Source: an uncultured bacterium
GTDB lineage: Bacteria > Babelota > Babeliae > Babelales > Babelaceae
Length of the DNA stretch: 64,000 nt
NCBI GenBank assembly: GCA_963824495.1
Contig: CAWGPQ010000005.1
Coordinates: 52,033 to 116,032 of the forward strand
Reading direction: 5' to 3'
This document shows, piece after piece, positions 59,718-64,000 of this stretch. The notes below the pieces were generated by a model. That model saw only the letters and a list, made by a program, of their open reading frames with translations. It had not been told where the DNA came from and made no database searches. Within the stretch, counting starts at the first letter, position 1. Each line of letters starts with the position of its first letter. The translations under genes were made by a program, and so were the position numbers.

Positions 59718-60710
59718 ATGGGGTCTTTTCTATCTGTGGTACATCTTATTCGAAAGAGTTTGTGGTGGTTTCTGCAGGCTATACGAGTTCAGCTTGTAAT
59801 GATCATGCTTTCATTGCCATTTCTTATAGCATGGGGGTTGCCTTTTTCCCTGCTCAGTCCCCTCGGCAACCTTATATTTAACCCTTTCCTTGTTGTATTT
59901 CTATTCCTTTCTTCACTGGTATTTTTTTGTGAACTTCTCTCTATACCCAATACCCTACTTATTATGCTTCTCGAGTGGATAAGCTCTCTATGGCTTAACG
60001 GTATTTCATACGTAAGCGATAGTATGCTTGTTACCTGTTCTTCAAATGCTATGTTTATTGTTATGCCCATGAGTATACTCGTGCTACTTTTCAACAAAAA
60101 GCTGAAACCTGGTATCTATCATATGCTTGTGCATCTGCTTGTGATTTTTATAATGACGATAAGCATCGCAGGTGCTTTATATATGTCAAGAAGATTACAG
60201 AAACCCTGTTTGCTTACGATCGAGCGTGGCGCATGCCCTGTAACGCTTATAAGCGGAAACTCACGAATGCTTATGGTTGATCCAGGAAGCCGGAGCTCAA
60301 AGCTATCGATATCATCATGGGTTACCTATACGTTGTTACCACAGCTTGCTCGATGTAATGGGACGCAAGTACTTGATTATGATCTGATTCTCAGCTATTC
60401 TTTGGGCTCATTAAATTGTGCTGATTATTTATGTACTCATGCGTTAGTAAAAACTATTATACTACCCGCAAAGCCAGTTCGATTATCAAGCAAGACTGCG
60501 CAAGCATTTAAGCAACTGGTACAATCTGCTCTAACCCATAACGTTATACTTATTTTTATCAAGCAGGATCCTCTAACGCTTGATCTTGATATTCCCGTGA
60601 CAATAGCTGCTCAAGCATCAGGGCAAGGGCAATCTTCACCAAAAAACGTACTTACCGCTACGTGTGTGGTTGCAGAAAAAAGCATTGCTCTTTCTTCTCG
60701 CTTGCGTTAA
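59718..60710 (+). CDS. ComEC/Rec2-like protein, C-terminal portion (end of Competence domain plus degenerate metallo-beta-lactamase fold)
   Basis: QLVMIMLSLP...FSLLSPLGNLIFNP resembles the ComEC TM end; LMVDPG; HxDxDH motif absent. Confidence 0.55.
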   Translation: MGSFLSVVHLIRKSLWWFLQAIRVQLVMIMLSLPFLIAWGLPFSLLSPLGNLIFNPFLVVFLFLSSLVFFCELLSIPNTLLIMLLEWISSLWLNGISYVSDSMLVTCSSNAMFIVMPMSILVLLFNKKLKPGIYHMLVHLLVIFIMTISIAGALYMSRRLQKPCLLTIERGACPVTLISGNSRMLMVDPGSRSSKLSISSWVTYTLLPQLARCNGTQVLDYDLILSYSLGSLNCADYLCTHALVKTIILPAKPVRLSSKTAQAFKQLVQSALTHNVILIFIKQDPLTLDLDIPVTIAAQASGQGQSSPKNVLTATCVVAEKSIALSSRLR

Positions 60711-60746
60711 ATTTCTTTGATAGAAGACGCATAAGAAAGGAAACCT

Positions 60747-61304
60747 ATGCCTAAAAGACCATCAGTTGTACTTGTTATTGCAAGCAGGGGCTATCAAGCT
60801 GCAGAATACGAAGTAACACGCAAAGTACTTGCCAACGGCAACCTGCACGTTGTAACAGCTAGCGATATGCTTGGTCTTGCTAGCGCTCACGATCAATCGA
60901 CAACATTGGTTGATATTCTCGTACAAGATCTTGACTATGAGCACTCTGTAGGAGTCTTTCTTATCGGCGGACCGGGAGCACTGGAGCTTCTTGATACTAC
61001 CGTAACCCATACTATGATGCAAAAAGTACGTGATAATGCCAAGCCTTATGGTGCCATTTGTATTGCGCCGCGTATTTTAGCAAAGGCTGGCGTGCTTGCG
61101 GGCAAACGTGCTACAGGCTGGGACAAAGATCATAAGCTTGAAGAAATTTTTACTCAGCATGGTGCTCAGTATGAGCGTCAGCCTGTTGTTGTTGATGGTC
61201 ATGTAGTTACTGCTAACGGTCCACGTGCGGCCGAAGCTTTCGGCAAAGCAATTCTTGATGTGATAATTAAAACTTGTCAAAGTTATACATTTGTTAAGTG
61301 CTAA
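60747..61304 (+). CDS. DJ-1/PfpI family protein
   Basis: GYQAAEY, IGGPGA, GAICIAP, LAGKRATG, VVTANGP. Confidence 0.92.
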   Translation: MPKRPSVVLVIASRGYQAAEYEVTRKVLANGNLHVVTASDMLGLASAHDQSTTLVDILVQDLDYEHSVGVFLIGGPGALELLDTTVTHTMMQKVRDNAKPYGAICIAPRILAKAGVLAGKRATGWDKDHKLEEIFTQHGAQYERQPVVVDGHVVTANGPRAAEAFGKAILDVIIKTCQSYTFVKC

Positions 61305-61509
61305 TATTCGCTTGAAATAAAGAATATTTGGTAATTAAGCATTCGATGTGCTCATATTCTTATGTGTCGATGTACTGTAGGCACCACCTGCTATTAAAAA
61401 TTTCTCCTATTTTCGTTTGAGCTTGTTTGACAAAGCATGAAGCACGAGTTAAATTAATAATTACAAGATAGTCATTTTAAATAAAATATAGCTTAATCGA
61501 GGGCACAAG

Positions 61510-62760
61510 GTGAACAAGTATATCCTGGCATTGGTAAGTTTTAGCACTGTTCTATGTGGCTCACATCAACTTATGAGCATGCATTTTTTGGATCAAGAAT
61601 CAGAGCAGATGCAGCTTAATGGGGGCTTGTTGCGTACAGTTAGCAATGGGGTTGTGCCAGGTTTAGACAATGATGAGGATCCGCTAATACGTAGCTATGT
61701 TCTAAAAACTAGAAGAGAACACGTAGAGGTAGCTAGAAGATATCTAGAGAGTGGTGCTGATATTAATTGTGTGGATAACTATGACCATACCCCCTCATGA
61801 AAGCAGTTTCAAGTAAGTATACAGAGATGGTTAGATTTCTTATAGATGCTGGTGCTGATGTTAATTATGCTGATAATTATGGCTTTACTGCTCTTATGAT
61901 TGCAGCTGAAGTTGGGCATACACAGATAGTTGAAATGCTTATAGAACATGGTGCTGACGTTAATTATGCCACTAATCATGGCACAACTGCTCTAGAATTG
62001 GCAGCTGACAGTGGACATATAGATGAAGATATAGTTAGAGTGCTTATAGGGCAATAGTGCTATAGTACCATCTATCCTACAGCCTCGCAGTAGACATAAG
62101 GTTATACTAGCTTTAACTCAAAGTAATATTTCACTATTGGCATTGGCAATTATTATGAGAGATAGAGAAGGCATTACCAGGCTTCTTGCTGAAGCTCCTA
62201 TGAGCATCGATGCTCGAGATGAGTTTGGCATGACAGCGTTGCACTGGGCAGTTGCTCAAAACTATGAAGAACTCGTGCAAGATCTACTTAATAACTATAA
62301 ACTTGATCTGAATGTGCAAGATAACGAAGGCAATACTCCATTACACTATGCTGCACGTAATGGTAATGATGTTATTTTTCAAGTGTTACTTGCCCATGGT
62401 GCGAACATTAACACTCGAAATAATGGTGGCAATACTGCGTTACATCTAGCAGCCCAAGCTGGGCGTCTAGCTATCGTTCGATCTTTTCTTCGTCATGATA
62501 GTGCTACCATAGATAGTATTAATAGAGTTAATAATCGAGGGCTATCTGCTTGGTTACTTGCTCGTAGGCATAACCACCATGATAGTGCACGTGAGCTTGA
62601 ACCTATGGCAGGTCAAGCACTTCTTAACTTGCTTTTAACTGAGGGGCAGCAAGGCTATTTGGGTGTGTTTTCCCCTGAAATTGCGGCTCATATTGCTCGC
62701 TTTGTTGTGGCTCAGCGACTATGTGCTCAGGTAAGATCAAACTCGAACTCTAACTCTTAG
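61510..62760 (+). pseudogene. Secreted ankyrin-repeat protein split by two frameshifts
   Basis: Signal peptide at 61510. One C is missing in the C run near 61790 (TPLMKAV), and there is one extra G near 62050; correcting both joins 61510-61800, 61797-62057 and 62137-62760. Confidence 0.78.
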
Positions 62761-62805
62761 CTTCTTATCTGGTCATAGCTTACTATATTAACACTGGCAG
62801 GGATG

Positions 62806-64000
62806 CTAGAAGCTGATACTGAATACTGCGGTTAATGTATCAGCAAGAATTGCTCGTTTGCCGTTAAAGCCGTGCTTATATAGTGCTGAAAATGATGGAA
62901 ATACCAGCCATTGTGTTGCATCATCACAAAAGTCGTATGAGAGCTTAAATACTATGTCATGGGTTGTCCATTCATCCAAGTTTTCGGCTGAATTGGCAAT
63001 ACGTGGCTCAAAACGATCAGAGTCTAAAAAGAATTTATCATCACCATGTCGGGTGTGTTGATAAGCACCGGTAAAAGAAAGGCCACCTGCAAATCGCTCA
63101 AGCTCAAAGTAGATCGTATAATGCTGTCTGAAGCCAGGTTCCCTAAATACAGGAATTTTTGTTAAAAATAAAAGATCGGTCTGAGCAGGGTCAACCCTAA
63201 TACGACGCTCACGTGTGTTGCCAAAAAGGTGGCGGAATTCGCCATCAATACCGATATTAACATACTCCCCGACACCTAGTTCGAGTGTTCCGCCAAAGAG
63301 AAAACCCATACCGGCATCGTCACCAAAGGGTAAAGCTAATAGCTTGTCTTCATCGCGACGCTTTCCTGTCGGGAATATTAAACCTAAGCGAAGGCCAACC
63401 TCGACATTTTTCAAGCGTGGCTTAATCTGTGGGTAGTCCCTTACCCACCAAAATAATGCTGCTAGATCGCCCACGCCAGTTCGTCGCCAGCCATCGCGAA
63501 GATTAAAGTTGCCTATTTTTTCAAGCTTTGTTAATACTTCATCAAGCGGCATATCATCAAAAAAATTATGACGTTGTGCATTACGCCAACGAACACGTTC
63601 TAAGCGCATGCTATATACCGGTAGGTACAGGCCAAGTGAAATCTCATCATTGACAAAATACTGGGCTGAAAGCAAAACGTTGGCATCAACCTTCAGATGT
63701 GCTCTCGGTATAATACAACGTGGCATGCCATGATCCTGATGGCTATGCATAAATGGTATAAAATCATCAACAAGATCATGGTGATCTATACCACGTACAG
63801 CAGCCGTGACATTCTGTTCATTCTGAAATAGCTGTAACACATTAACACGTTTGCGCCAGCCATCATGCTTTTCATAGTCATCTGCCTGAAAACCTCGGGT
63901 TTTTAGTGATCCCTCATAGCCTACTTGAAACGTGAAAATCGCGCCTGGTGGTACGCGTGGCCTGAGAAGAATATCGTATGGATTAAAGAGATTCGTATAG
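62806..64000 (-). CDS. Probable outer-membrane beta-barrel protein (5' end beyond window)
   Basis: Frame stays open from 63840 to the window edge; amphipathic beta-strands, G.GD motif, FPTG, C-terminal aromatic residue (VFSISF). Confidence 0.65.
   Translation of the reverse strand, partial: YTNLFNPYDILLRPRVPPGAIFTFQVGYEGSLKTRGFQADDYEKHDGWRKRVNVLQLFQNEQNVTAAVRGIDHHDLVDDFIPFMHSHQDHGMPRCIIPRAHLKVDANVLLSAQYFVNDEISLGLYLPVYSMRLERVRWRNAQRHNFFDDMPLDEVLTKLEKIGNFNLRDGWRRTGVGDLAALFWWVRDYPQIKPRLKNVEVGLRLGLIFPTGKRRDEDKLLALPFGDDAGMGFLFGGTLELGVGEYVNIGIDGEFRHLFGNTRERRIRVDPAQTDLLFLTKIPVFREPGFRQHYTIYFELERFAGGLSFTGAYQHTRHGDDKFFLDSDRFEPRIANSAENLDEWTTHDIVFKLSYDFCDDATQWLVFPSFSALYKHGFNGKRAILADTLTAVFSISF

Overview
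A bacterial chromosomal window of moderately low GC. The gene content suggests a protist-associated intracellular bacterium such as Candidatus Dependentiae/Babelota (inference, not a database result): many signal-peptide orphans, ankyrin proteins, tandem paralogs and a beta-barrel family protein. Housekeeping genes are intact: alr (partial), uvrB, fsa, leuS, brnQ, ilvE, a DEAD-box helicase, rpsA, ndk, SPFH/NfeD, tkt and DJ-1/PfpI. They alternate with arrays of secreted proteins. Main observations: (1) a 14.5-kb cluster of three paralogous, Sec-exported, Cys-rich beta-helical fibre proteins with phage tail-fibre-like tips and reciprocal repeat expansions; (2) two unannotated leader ORFs, each behind a promoter-like element and a strong SD, ahead of branched-chain amino acid genes, one with an Ile/Leu(CTA) codon run inside a 99-nt G-free tract, consistent with attenuation; (3) two M3 peptidase paralogs that each carry a signal peptide plus an internal GGAGG-ATG start; (4) a REP-like palindrome family, with one copy inserted in frame in an ankyrin gene; (5) a tandem family of secreted RGG/YG low-complexity proteins; (6) a four-gene family built on an unrecognised secreted domain; (7) a signal-peptide-bearing second Ndk; (8) a split LigD. 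Frameshifts are confined to accessory genes. No rRNA, tRNA, CRISPR array or transposase was recognised.
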